Shown here: piece by piece, positions 49,655 to 58,719 of the stretch
How the letters are laid out: every line of letters begins with the position of its first letter
How positions within the stretch are numbered: position 1 is the stretch's first letter
From: Magnetococcales bacterium
GTDB taxonomy: Bacteria; Pseudomonadota; Magnetococcia; Magnetococcales; UBA8363
Assembly (NCBI GenBank): GCA_015232645.1
Contig: JADFZF010000002.1
Span: 1-59,634, forward strand
Direction of reading: 5' to 3'
DNA: 59,634 bases
Made by a program: the position numbers and the translations under genes
Notes under the pieces: generated by a model
What the model was told of the DNA's origin: nothing
Databases searched by the model: none
The model's input: only the letters and a program-made list of their open reading frames with translations

Positions 49655-49674
49655 TCCCTAAGGAAACAATTTTC

Positions 49675-51084
49675 ATGAAACCCTACCAGCGAATTTTGAT
49701 TGTCGATGATCAAAAGGTGAACCGGGACCTTTTGGCCAATCTTTTTCAGCCGGAATACAAAATCATGGTGGCTGGCGATGGTGAGCAAGCCATATCCGCC
49801 GCGGCCAACCCGCAGTTGCGCCCCGACCTCATCCTGCTGGATGTCATGATGCCCCGGATGGACGGCTATGAAGTATGCCGACGATTGAAACAGAATGATG
49901 AAACCTGTGCCATTCCGGTCATCTTCGTAACATCGCTTGGGGAAGTGCGCGACGAAACCAAAGGGCTGGAGCTGGGGGCGGTCGATTATATCTCCAAGCC
50001 GTTTTCACCGCCGATCGTTCGCGCCAGGGTCCGTAATCATCTATTATTGAAATCATTGCGCGACTCATTGGAGGAACAGGTTGCGGCCCGTACCCAGGCT
50101 CTGCAAGCGGCGTTGCGGGAATCCCAGGCTTCCGAACTGGCCAAGAGCGAGTTCATCGCCCGAATGAGTCATGAGCTGCGCACACCGCTCAATGCGATCA
50201 TGTCGCCGATATTCCTGCTCATGAAACGAATGCATGATCCTGAAGACAAAAACAAACTCGCCCAGGTGTATGAATCCTCCAACCATCTGTTAGGCCTGAT
50301 CGACGAAATATTGGAATTTTCCCGTCTGGAATCGGATGAAAACCTGACGGAGAATCATTTTAATATCCATGATTTCATGACAGAATTGCATTCAAAATGG
50401 CATGCCATGGCGGAGAAGAAGAACATTTATCTTGAACTCGAGATGCATAAAATCAATCCACACGCACGTTTTCTGGGCGACTCCACTCTCTTGAAGCGGG
50501 CTCTGGAGCCCTTATTGGACAATGCCATCAAATTCACCGACACCGGTGGGGTGGTCTTGCGGGTGATCCCCTTGGCCATTATCCAAGATCGCATCTCGTT
50601 TCAGTTCGAGATTACCGACACCGGCATCGGGATTGATCCCGGTCGGATCGATGAAATGTTCAAGCCATTCACCCAGGTGGAACTGACGGGGACACGCCGC
50701 TTTTCCGGCGTTGGCCTGGGACTGCCCTTGGCTGTTCTCCATATCAAACGCCTTGGCGGCCAGCTACAGGCCAAAGGCGAATTGGGAAAAGGCAGCATAT
50801 TATCGTTCAACGTCCCCTTTGCACTGGTGGATGACCAGTGCGCAACTGAAATAGACTCCGGGATTGCCAGCCTCGACGTCATCAAAAGCCAGCTCGCCGA
50901 ACTCGCCATCCTGGTCAAAAAAGGGTTCCATAATACCGATCAGTTTGTAGCCGAACGGGTCAGCCTCTGGAGCGCCACTCCCTGGAAGGATGAATTGACC
51001 CGGATCATTCACCTTGTCACCCATTATAACTCCAAAGGTGTATTGAGTGCCATCGATGCCTTTATGGGAAAACAATCGGATTGA
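49675..51084 (+). CDS. receiver - histidine kinase fusion protein
   Basis: REC has ILIVDDQKVN, ILLDVMMPRMDG, SKPF. HisKA is MSHELRTPLNAI. HATPase has LLDNAIKFT, DTGIGI, GVGLGLPL. Confidence 0.85.
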   Translation: MKPYQRILIVDDQKVNRDLLANLFQPEYKIMVAGDGEQAISAAANPQLRPDLILLDVMMPRMDGYEVCRRLKQNDETCAIPVIFVTSLGEVRDETKGLELGAVDYISKPFSPPIVRARVRNHLLLKSLRDSLEEQVAARTQALQAALRESQASELAKSEFIARMSHELRTPLNAIMSPIFLLMKRMHDPEDKNKLAQVYESSNHLLGLIDEILEFSRLESDENLTENHFNIHDFMTELHSKWHAMAEKKNIYLELEMHKINPHARFLGDSTLLKRALEPLLDNAIKFTDTGGVVLRVIPLAIIQDRISFQFEITDTGIGIDPGRIDEMFKPFTQVELTGTRRFSGVGLGLPLAVLHIKRLGGQLQAKGELGKGSILSFNVPFALVDDQCATEIDSGIASLDVIKSQLAELAILVKKGFHNTDQFVAERVSLWSATPWKDELTRIIHLVTHYNSKGVLSAIDAFMGKQSD

Positions 51085-51116
51085 CACCCCGCCAGGAAAG
51101 TCAAGTCAGTTGATGA

Positions 51117-51159
51117 GACAGGTCAGGGAAGGGGGGGATCCCTTCCCTGACCCATCCCC
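51117..51159 (-). repeat. REP-like element, copy E (inverted orientation); perfect 13-bp hairpin
   Basis: GGTCAGGGAAGGG (51121-51133) pairs with CCCTTCCCTGACC (51140-51152). The reverse complement GGGGATGGGTCAGGGAAGGGATCCCCCCCTTCCCTGACC carries the family core. It lies between the kinase stop (51084) and the dnaE2-like start (51177). Confidence 0.65.
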
Positions 51160-51176
51160 TTCACTCGCTTACAGCC

Positions 51177-54100
51177 ATGATTCCATTGTCCGTACGTAGC
51201 GCCTATTCTTTGCTGGAAGGGGTCGACCAACCCGAAACCTGGGTGACCACGGCGAAAAATCGAAAGATAACCGCCCTGGCCCTGACCGACCGCAACTCAC
51301 TGGCAGGAATCGTCCCTTTTGTACAGGCGGCCCGGACGTGCGGCATTCAACCGGTCGTCGGCCTGACTCTGACCCGGGAGGCTTCCGATCCGGGGCTGGT
51401 TCTCCTGGTGCGACATGCCGACGGATGGCGAGCGGTATGCCGTGGGCTTTCCGCATGGCGCGCCGGAGAATACCAACAGGGAATGCAATTCATTGCCGAG
51501 GCGGCCGAGTCGCTGGTGGCCCTGGCAGGCTCCGCCCCCTGGCTGACTGAAGCCTTGAAAATCCCCGCCTGGCGCAAGGACAAGGGTTTGCTCTATGCCC
51601 GCCTCGTACCGGAATCGCTGCAACGGCAACAACTCCTGGCCGCGGCGCGAAGGAACGACATCCCCTGTGTTGCCGCCAACGATGCCATCGCCATCGATGG
51701 GAAAGGCTGGAACGCCCACAAGGTGGTGCGTGCCATGAGCCTGCAAACCACCGTTCATCGCCTGCAACCAGAAGCCCTGGCCTCTCCCCACGCTCATCTC
51801 CTGACCTCCGAGGAAGTGGCACGCCTTTACCCATGGGAGGATGCCGTTGCCCATACCCATCGTATCGCCGAATCCTGTCAGTTCATTCCTTCCCTGGGCC
51901 AGCCGGTTTTCCCCCGATTCCCAGGCGATGCCGCCCCAGAAGAAATCCTAACCCAAAGGGCCATGGCAGGACTGACCTGGCGTTATCGATCCATGATCCC
52001 GGCCGAGGCGCAGCAGCGAACCCGACGGGAACTGGATGTGATCAATACCATGGGCTACGCCAGCTATTTCCTCATTGTCCACGAAATCGTCAAGGAGGCG
52101 GTCCACCGCGGCATACCGGTATTGGGACGCGGTTCGGCGGCCAATTCCACCGTCGCCTACGCCCTCGGCATCACCCATGTGGACCCGGTGGCCCATCATC
52201 TGTTTTTCGAACGCTTTCTCAACCCCGAACGACTCGACCCTCCCGATATTGATCTGGATCTGCCCTGGAATCGCCGCACGGAAATACTCGATTTCGTGTT
52301 GCAACGATTCGGCGAGGATCATGTCGCCCTGATCGGCGCCTTTCAGACCTTCAAGGCCAGGGGACTGTTTCGTGAAATCGGCCTGGCTCTGGGGATTCCG
52401 CCTGATCAGGTGAAAAAATTCACCCGCCAGCTTCCCCGGGGCTCACTGGAACAGATGGAATCGGCCTTGGCATCCGATCACCCGGTCTACCGCTCCATGG
52501 CCGTGGATCGCCCCCCGTGGCGAGGCATGATGCAGGTGGCACAACGGCTGGCGGGTCTGCCACACCATTTCGGAATTCATCCCTGCGGCATCGCGGTGGC
52601 AGGTTGTCCGATACGGGATCGGGTGGCCGTGGTCCCCTCACCTTCCGGATGGCCCGCCACCGATGCCGCCATGGGACCCGCCGAAGACCTGGGTCTGATC
52701 AAGATCGACCTGCTCGGCAACCGTTCCATGGGGGCGTTGTGCGACGCCCTGGAGGTCTTGGGCCAACGCGACCCGGCCGACCCCGAAGCGGGTTTACCGC
52801 CGGAAATGGCCATGGCCGACCCGGAAACCCAAAATCTCATCGCCCGCGGCGATACGGTCGGATGCTTCTATATCGAATCACCCTCCATGCGCGGTGTTCT
52901 TAAACGGCTGGATTGTCGCGATTTCGAGACCCTGGTCGCCGCCAGCTCCATCATCCGACCCGGAGTCAATCAGGGGGGACTCATGGATGCCTTCATCCGC
53001 CGGCATCGGGGTGAGGAAGAGGTCTCCTATCCCGACCCACGTCTGCAACCTTTTCTGCGCGAAACCCATGGAATTCTAGTCTATCAGGAGCAGGTAATAC
53101 AAACCGCTGCCGCGGTGGCCGGCATGAGCCTGGGACAGGCGGACCTGCTGCGTCGGGCCATGGGAAAAAAACGTCATCACGAGGACATGCGCGTTCATGA
53201 AGAACAATTCCTGAAGGGCGCCATCGCCGGCGGAATGCCGATGGAGCAGGCCCGGGCGTTATGGCTGCAAATCATGTCCTTTGCCGGATATGCCTTCTGC
53301 AAGGCCCATTCCGCCAGTTTTGCCCGCCTGAGCTTTCAGATGACCTGGTTGCGCGCCCATCATCCGGCACTCTTCTTTGCCAACGTTCTCAATCATCAGG
53401 GAGGATATTATCCCCCTCAAGTCTATGTCGATCAGGCCCGCAGCCACGGCATCACCTTGTTGCCCCCCTGCATCGTGACCGGTCGTTGGCAGACCGAAAT
53501 GGTTGATCGCCACACGATTCGCATGGGATTGCAATGGGTCAGGCATCTCAATCAGGAAACAGTGGCGCGCATCGTTGCCCGGCGTCCCTTCCATGACTGG
53601 CGTGACCTGCTGCGACGGGTCGAACTCCACCACGAAACCGCGGCCATGTTGGTGCTCTCCGGCGCCAGCGATTTTCTTCAGCCACCAGTCACCGCCGCCA
53701 TTCGACGGCAACGGTTGTGGGAAATCGAATTCAATCATGGTAGCCACGAAGCCCATGTCCCGACTCTCAACCTTTTTGCCGAAGCCGGGGCGGCCCCCCC
53801 TCATGAAAGTTACCTGGACGATGAACCGGTGACCCGACGCATCCAACGTGAGCTGGAGGCCATGGGATTGGCCCTCGCAGAACATCCGCTGCGACTTTAT
53901 CGACAGCGCCTGCTGGCACAGGCCACCCCTTTTGTCTCCGCCAGACGCATCGGCCGGCTCGGCGACGGTCAAAGCGCCGTTTGCGTCGGTCTGCCGGTGG
54001 CGCGCAAATCGTTACTCACCAATAAGGGCGAACCCATGGCCTTCCTGACCCTCTCCGATCGCACCGGCTTGATCGAAATCATCCTTTTTCCGTGGATCAT

Positions 54101-54230
54101 CCAGCACATCGGTGCCCGGCTCAAGCATGAAGGTCCATGGCTGGTTGATGGGACCATGAACCAGGGATCCCTGATCGTCGAGCGGGTTTCGTGGCTCGAT
54201 GCCCAGGACGGTGAGGCCAGCTCGGGTTGA
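51177..54230 (+). CDS. dnaE2: DNA polymerase III alpha-subunit family protein, error-prone DnaE2 (ImuC)-like
   Basis: 1017 aa. The N-terminal PHP-like domain is LSVRSAYSLLEG...ALALTDRNSLAG. The polymerase core is GRGSAANSTVAYALGITHVDPVAHHLFFERFLNPERLDPPDIDLDL, with LLGNRSM and SIIRPG. A C-terminal OB-fold-like region follows. Its size and the lack of a long C-terminal tail favour DnaE2 over replicative DnaE. Confidence 0.65.
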   Translation: MIPLSVRSAYSLLEGVDQPETWVTTAKNRKITALALTDRNSLAGIVPFVQAARTCGIQPVVGLTLTREASDPGLVLLVRHADGWRAVCRGLSAWRAGEYQQGMQFIAEAAESLVALAGSAPWLTEALKIPAWRKDKGLLYARLVPESLQRQQLLAAARRNDIPCVAANDAIAIDGKGWNAHKVVRAMSLQTTVHRLQPEALASPHAHLLTSEEVARLYPWEDAVAHTHRIAESCQFIPSLGQPVFPRFPGDAAPEEILTQRAMAGLTWRYRSMIPAEAQQRTRRELDVINTMGYASYFLIVHEIVKEAVHRGIPVLGRGSAANSTVAYALGITHVDPVAHHLFFERFLNPERLDPPDIDLDLPWNRRTEILDFVLQRFGEDHVALIGAFQTFKARGLFREIGLALGIPPDQVKKFTRQLPRGSLEQMESALASDHPVYRSMAVDRPPWRGMMQVAQRLAGLPHHFGIHPCGIAVAGCPIRDRVAVVPSPSGWPATDAAMGPAEDLGLIKIDLLGNRSMGALCDALEVLGQRDPADPEAGLPPEMAMADPETQNLIARGDTVGCFYIESPSMRGVLKRLDCRDFETLVAASSIIRPGVNQGGLMDAFIRRHRGEEEVSYPDPRLQPFLRETHGILVYQEQVIQTAAAVAGMSLGQADLLRRAMGKKRHHEDMRVHEEQFLKGAIAGGMPMEQARALWLQIMSFAGYAFCKAHSASFARLSFQMTWLRAHHPALFFANVLNHQGGYYPPQVYVDQARSHGITLLPPCIVTGRWQTEMVDRHTIRMGLQWVRHLNQETVARIVARRPFHDWRDLLRRVELHHETAAMLVLSGASDFLQPPVTAAIRRQRLWEIEFNHGSHEAHVPTLNLFAEAGAAPPHESYLDDEPVTRRIQRELEAMGLALAEHPLRLYRQRLLAQATPFVSARRIGRLGDGQSAVCVGLPVARKSLLTNKGEPMAFLTLSDRTGLIEIILFPWIIQHIGARLKHEGPWLVDGTMNQGSLIVERVSWLDAQDGEASSG

Positions 54231-54275
54231 TGAAAGCTTTCCGACCGCGTCCGCTCCCCGCATTCATTTCCCCGC

Positions 54276-55772
54276 TCAACTCTCGATTTCCACCATGGTC
54301 ATGTCATCGCTCTGATTGCGATTGGCCCGATAGCCCCGTAGAATATCTTTAAGAAGGTGCAACGAATCTTTTTGTTTCACCATGTGCAGCAGGGCGCTTT
54401 CCAAACTTTCCTCGCCGAACATTTCACCATCTTCATCTTTTTCCTCGGTAAAGCCATCGGTGTAGAGAAAAATGCGATCGCCCCGTTCCATCGACACCGT
54501 TTGTCCGGGGCCAATCGGTCGCTTGATCACCCCCAGGGCCGTGTATTTCGATTCGACGCGGCCGAACAATTCTTCGTTCCGTAACAGCAAAATACTCGGA
54601 ATACTGCAATTCCATACCGTCAGATGACCCCGATCGGGTGAAATTTCCAGGAATCCGGCAGCCATGAACATGTTGGCTGGCGTTTTTTCAGTCAGTCGGA
54701 TGTTGATTTCGTTGATGATATCGATCAGAGGCAAATTTTTCTTGGTCATTGCATAAAAAATATCGGAAACCATGGGTCCGCACAGGGCCGCGAGCAACCC
54801 GTGGCCGGTGAAATCACCCAAGGCCACATGTTGAGCACCATCGGGACGCAGGGCCGCCAGGAGCATATCCCCGGTGGTGTTTTCCACCGGATTTTGTAAG
54901 AATCGAATTTTCGTCAGATCCAACTCTTCCGTCGAGCGCATTCGGGTAATGACGCTTTCAATGATCTCCCGTTCGTAGGTCAAACGGTCACGATGTCTCT
55001 TGATTTCGTTTTCCATTTCCTTGTGCTGGGTGATATTTTCGGTAAACATCATGACACCGCCATTTTGACCATCGCGCCTCTTCCACGGAAAGGCCTCCCA
55101 ACGAAACCACTGGATGTTGCCCGATGAGTCGGGGATGGGATCGGCATCCTGTCGTTCCCAAATGCCTGCCAAACAGCGCCGATGGATTTCCTTCCATCTC
55201 TCCGCCTCGTCCGGCACCAGATCGTAATGGCATTGATTGACGACCGACAGGTTGACCAAACCGTAGTCATCCAGCCAGCGATGACTGACTTGCAGATAAC
55301 GCATGCCTTCATCGAACATGGCGATGGCTACCGGTGTTTTTTCCATGAACAGGCGAATCTGCTCATCCCGTTCCTGAATTTTTTCCCGATTTTGCTGTTG
55401 TTGTAAGAGCAGTCTCATCCTCTGTCTGAGGACGGCCCATTTGATCGGCTTGTTGATGTATTCCTCGGCACCGGCAGCGAAGGCCCGATCGACGGAATCA
55501 TCGTCGTCCAGGGCGGTGACCATGATGATGGGAATTTTTTGGCCCTCCGGGCTTTCCTTGATCGATCGACAAACGGAAAAACCATCCAGATGGGGCATGT
55601 TGGCGTCGAGGATCACCAGGTTGGGACGATGCCGTTCATACTGTTGCAAGGCTTCGCGACCATCCGTGGCTTCGATGACCCTATATCCAGAGTTGTTAAG
55701 ATACAGGGTGATGGCCTGCAACATGAATTCGTCATCATCGGCTACCAAAATTGAAGATGTTTCATGTCGCAT
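54276..55772 (-). CDS. response regulator with PAS and PP2C (SpoIIE-type) phosphatase output
   Basis: ATG 55772 (MRHETSSILVADDDEF); the ORF-track TTG start is 55790. REC has LVILDANMPHLDG and NKPI. The PAS region is AIAMFDEGMRYLQVSHRW. PP2C has [23 protein letters not shown]. Confidence 0.8.
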   Translation of the reverse strand: MRHETSSILVADDDEFMLQAITLYLNNSGYRVIEATDGREALQQYERHRPNLVILDANMPHLDGFSVCRSIKESPEGQKIPIIMVTALDDDDSVDRAFAAGAEEYINKPIKWAVLRQRMRLLLQQQQNREKIQERDEQIRLFMEKTPVAIAMFDEGMRYLQVSHRWLDDYGLVNLSVVNQCHYDLVPDEAERWKEIHRRCLAGIWERQDADPIPDSSGNIQWFRWEAFPWKRRDGQNGGVMMFTENITQHKEMENEIKRHRDRLTYEREIIESVITRMRSTEELDLTKIRFLQNPVENTTGDMLLAALRPDGAQHVALGDFTGHGLLAALCGPMVSDIFYAMTKKNLPLIDIINEINIRLTEKTPANMFMAAGFLEISPDRGHLTVWNCSIPSILLLRNEELFGRVESKYTALGVIKRPIGPGQTVSMERGDRIFLYTDGFTEEKDEDGEMFGEESLESALLHMVKQKDSLHLLKDILRGYRANRNQSDDMTMVEIES

Positions 55773-55796
55773 CCGTACGACCCCGTCCAATCGTTT

Positions 55797-56183
55797 TTAT
55801 TCATTACCATGCAGCAAGAGCTGATCCAATTCCCGATGCAGCAACCGTGCCGACTCCTGAAGTGGGACAACGTATTGACGGGCTTGGTGATGGTCACCCT
55901 GCTTGCCCAGTCGTTCCAGAACGGAACAGTACTCGGCCAAGGCATCGGCACCCAGGGAACGGCTCCCTCCCTTCAGACGATGCGCCTCCGCCACCAGTGC
56001 CTCCAGGTCACCCGACTCGGCGGCGGCGCAAATGGCGTCGATACGAACGGGCAGTTTTTCCAAAAATTTTTTAATGAGGCCATCGATGTTTCCACCCATG
56101 TCCTCGCGCAGCAACTCCAATTCCTTGAAGTTCAGAACTGGCAGATGTAAAGCAGCACCGGCAACGTTGACAGTCGATTCCAC
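55797..56183 (-). CDS. Hpt (histidine phosphotransfer) domain protein
   Basis: LVAEAHRLKGGSRSLGADAL is the Hpt H-x-x-K-G motif, and the N-terminal LNFKELELLREDMGGNIDGLIKKFLE is typical of Hpt. I prefer GTG 56183, which follows GGGAG plus a 6-nt spacer; the ORF-track start 56333 adds 50 residues of non-protein-like composition. Confidence 0.65.
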   Translation of the reverse strand: MESTVNVAGAALHLPVLNFKELELLREDMGGNIDGLIKKFLEKLPVRIDAICAAAESGDLEALVAEAHRLKGGSRSLGADALAEYCSVLERLGKQGDHHQARQYVVPLQESARLLHRELDQLLLHGNE

Positions 56184-56631
56184 ATTGGTCTCCCGGAAAG
56201 TTAAGGGGGACTGGGACCTGTGGTGTTCCGGTATCGGTTGAAAGGGCGGCTGAATCCACTCCACCCTTTGGCGGTCAAGCCCTTTCACGACAACCGTCAA
56301 TCTCCATGGTCGGCCCCTGAGAGCCCCGGGCATATCTGGAAAAAAATATGTTTCCCATCATCTGGTTAAGATCACAGCAGTGCCGTCTCCTCGACGAGAA
56401 GATATAAGAAATATAAGACATTTTAATTGATCTGTGTCAATGGATAATGAATGGCTCGGGATCGCCATTCAACTCTTCGGTCTCCGGCAAAGACCGTGCT
56501 GGAAAGAAAATTACGTTTTCCGTTCCGCCAGGTTGGTTTACCATGGTCCCTGGATCCGCTTGACGCCGTCGCGATTTCCTTGTACCAACGGCCCGGGGAT
56601 TCCCTATCATCCTGCTCGAGGAATAGCGACC

Positions 56632-58650
56632 ATGACTCGAACGCATCATCATCTGGTCTGTCCCCTGGACTGTCCCGGGGCTTGCGCCCTGGAGGTGGTC
56701 CTGGAACAGAAGGCCATCCAATCCATCCGTGGCCGATCGGACCACCCTTTCACTCAGGGGATCATCTGCGGCAAGGTCGGCCATTACCGCCGTCACCAGG
56801 AAGGCCCACGGATACTGTACCCCATGCACCGCACCGGTCCCAAGGGTTCCGGAGAATTCAGCCGGGTGAGCTGGGAAGAGAGTCTGAGGCATGTCGCCAA
56901 TAAACTATCGGCCATCACGGCCGAGCACTCCCCCGAAGCGGTGTTTCCCTTCTATTATGGCGGGACCATGGGATTGATTCAGCGGGGGGCGGTGGAACGC
57001 CTGACCCATCGCGCCCAATTTTCCCGAATGCTGGGGACCATCTGCTACCCCATCGGCTTTGCCGGCTGGCGCGCCGGGGTAGGACGGGCCGTGGGACCCG
57101 ATCCGGCCGACATCGCCCACAGTGATCTGATCATCCTGTGGGGGATCGATGCGGCGGTCACGCACATCTCCCTCCTGAGCCACGTCAAAAAGGCCCGGAA
57201 GAACGGAGCACGCCTGCTGGTGGTCGATCCTTATGCGACCAAAACCGCTCGAATGGCCCACCAGCACCTGCAACCCCGTCCAGGTACCGACGCAGCCCTG
57301 GCGGTAGCCATGATGGGGCTCATGGTACGCGAGGGCTGGGTCAATGCGGACTACCTGGCCCGGCGTACCGATTTCGATGCCGCCATGGCGACCCACCTGC
57401 ACTCCAAAAGCCTGCAATGGGGGGCCGATATCACCGGTATCGAACCCGGGGTCATCCATGCCGTGGCCAAGGCCCTGGCCGAAGCCCGGGCACCTTTCAT
57501 CCGCATCGGTCTGGGGATGAGCCGCCAGACCAACGGCGCGGTCAACGTCCACGCCGTGGCCTGTTTGGCCGCCATCACCGGTTCCTGGGACAAGGAGGGA
57601 GGCGGCGCCTTGTTCGCCACTGGCGACGCTTTTCACATGCAGATGGAACCGGTACGCCATTCCCGTTTCATGACTCGACCCACCCGCATCCTCGACATGT
57701 GCCGCCTGGGGGATCTCTTGACCGATCCGCACCTCACCCCTCCGGTCAAAGCCCTCCTGGTCTTCAACGCCAATCCCGCCGGCTCCTGTCCCGATCTCAA
57801 CAAGGTTCATGCCGGACTCCAACGGGACGATCTGTTCACCGTGGTCCACGAACAGGTCATGACCGATAGCGCCCGCATGGCCGATGTCATCTGGCCCGCC
57901 ACCACCTTTCTGGAACAGGATGACCTGCTCAAATCCTATGGCCAATACACCTTGCAATTTTCACCCGGGTGTCTGCCGCCGCGGGGAGAGGCCCGCTGCA
58001 ACCATGACGTGGTCAATGCCCTGGCCCAGGCCTTGGGATTCCAGGAACCCGCGTTTACCGGGACCAGTCTCGAAAGAATTCATCAACTCCTGTCCGCCTC
58101 CGACTACCCCCCTCTGGCGACCTGGAAGGAACCGGGCTGGCTCGACTGTCGTCCCAGCCGGGAAGAGCGGCAATTCATCCATTCTTTTCCTACCAGCGAT
58201 GGTCAATTTCACTTTTATCCCCACTGGACCCATCCCACCATGCCCACCATGCCCGATCATTGGCCTGTCAATGCTCGGGATCGTCAGTCGCTGGAGTATC
58301 CCCTGGATTTCATGGCCCCTCCCGCCCTGGATACCCTCAATACGACCTTCAACCTGGGTCCCGAGGCCCCCGAACCCCGTTTATGGCTGCACCCTCGGGA
58401 TGCCGCGGCGCGTGGCGTTGTCGAGGAGGATTGGGTGGCCGTCTTCAATGAACGCGGTCGGCTGACGCTGCGGGCGACCATTACCGATCGGGTTCCTCCT
58501 GGATTGACCATCAGTCCCGGGTTGCCTCGAGGGGGCGTTTTCCCGGGGGGAATATCCACCAATTGCCTGACTTCCGCCAATCCGGTGATGCCTGATGGCG
58601 GCGCCTGTTTTCACGACAATCGGGTGCAGGTGGTCAAGGCCGATCAGTGA
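56632..58650 (+). CDS. molybdopterin (bis-MGD) oxidoreductase family protein, cytoplasmic type
   Basis: ATG 56632 gives MTRTHHHLVCPLDCPGACALEV, the N-terminal Cys cluster of the Mo/W bis-MGD 4Fe-4S domain. The internal ILWGIDAAVTH and LVVDPYATKTA blocks and the C-terminal beta-barrel block (WLHPRDAAARGV.EEDWV.VFNERG) follow. I see no Tat signal. Confidence 0.8.
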   Translation: MTRTHHHLVCPLDCPGACALEVVLEQKAIQSIRGRSDHPFTQGIICGKVGHYRRHQEGPRILYPMHRTGPKGSGEFSRVSWEESLRHVANKLSAITAEHSPEAVFPFYYGGTMGLIQRGAVERLTHRAQFSRMLGTICYPIGFAGWRAGVGRAVGPDPADIAHSDLIILWGIDAAVTHISLLSHVKKARKNGARLLVVDPYATKTARMAHQHLQPRPGTDAALAVAMMGLMVREGWVNADYLARRTDFDAAMATHLHSKSLQWGADITGIEPGVIHAVAKALAEARAPFIRIGLGMSRQTNGAVNVHAVACLAAITGSWDKEGGGALFATGDAFHMQMEPVRHSRFMTRPTRILDMCRLGDLLTDPHLTPPVKALLVFNANPAGSCPDLNKVHAGLQRDDLFTVVHEQVMTDSARMADVIWPATTFLEQDDLLKSYGQYTLQFSPGCLPPRGEARCNHDVVNALAQALGFQEPAFTGTSLERIHQLLSASDYPPLATWKEPGWLDCRPSREERQFIHSFPTSDGQFHFYPHWTHPTMPTMPDHWPVNARDRQSLEYPLDFMAPPALDTLNTTFNLGPEAPEPRLWLHPRDAAARGVVEEDWVAVFNERGRLTLRATITDRVPPGLTISPGLPRGGVFPGGISTNCLTSANPVMPDGGACFHDNRVQVVKADQ

Positions 58651-58700
58651 ATGGAACTGGTCTGGGACGGGACGCCTCCTTCCCAGCCCCCTCCCTCAAC
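58651..58700 (+). repeat. REP-like element, copy F (degenerate)
   Basis: ATGGAACTGGTCTGGGACGGGACGCCTCCTTCCCAGCCCCCTCCCTC starts directly after the stop at 58650. The imperfect stem pairs CTGGGAC with the CTTCCCAG arm. Confidence 0.5.
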
Positions 58701-58719
58701 CTGCCTACAAGAAACTCCC

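Noticed and set aside
56334-56631. A possible Moco (molybdenum cofactor) riboswitch in the ~300-nt leader of the molybdoenzyme gene
   Set aside because: Several small hairpins are visible (for example AATGGC-loop-GCCATT and GGTCT-loop-AGACC). I could not match the conserved Moco-motif nucleotides from memory. cmscan with Rfam RF01055 would settle it.
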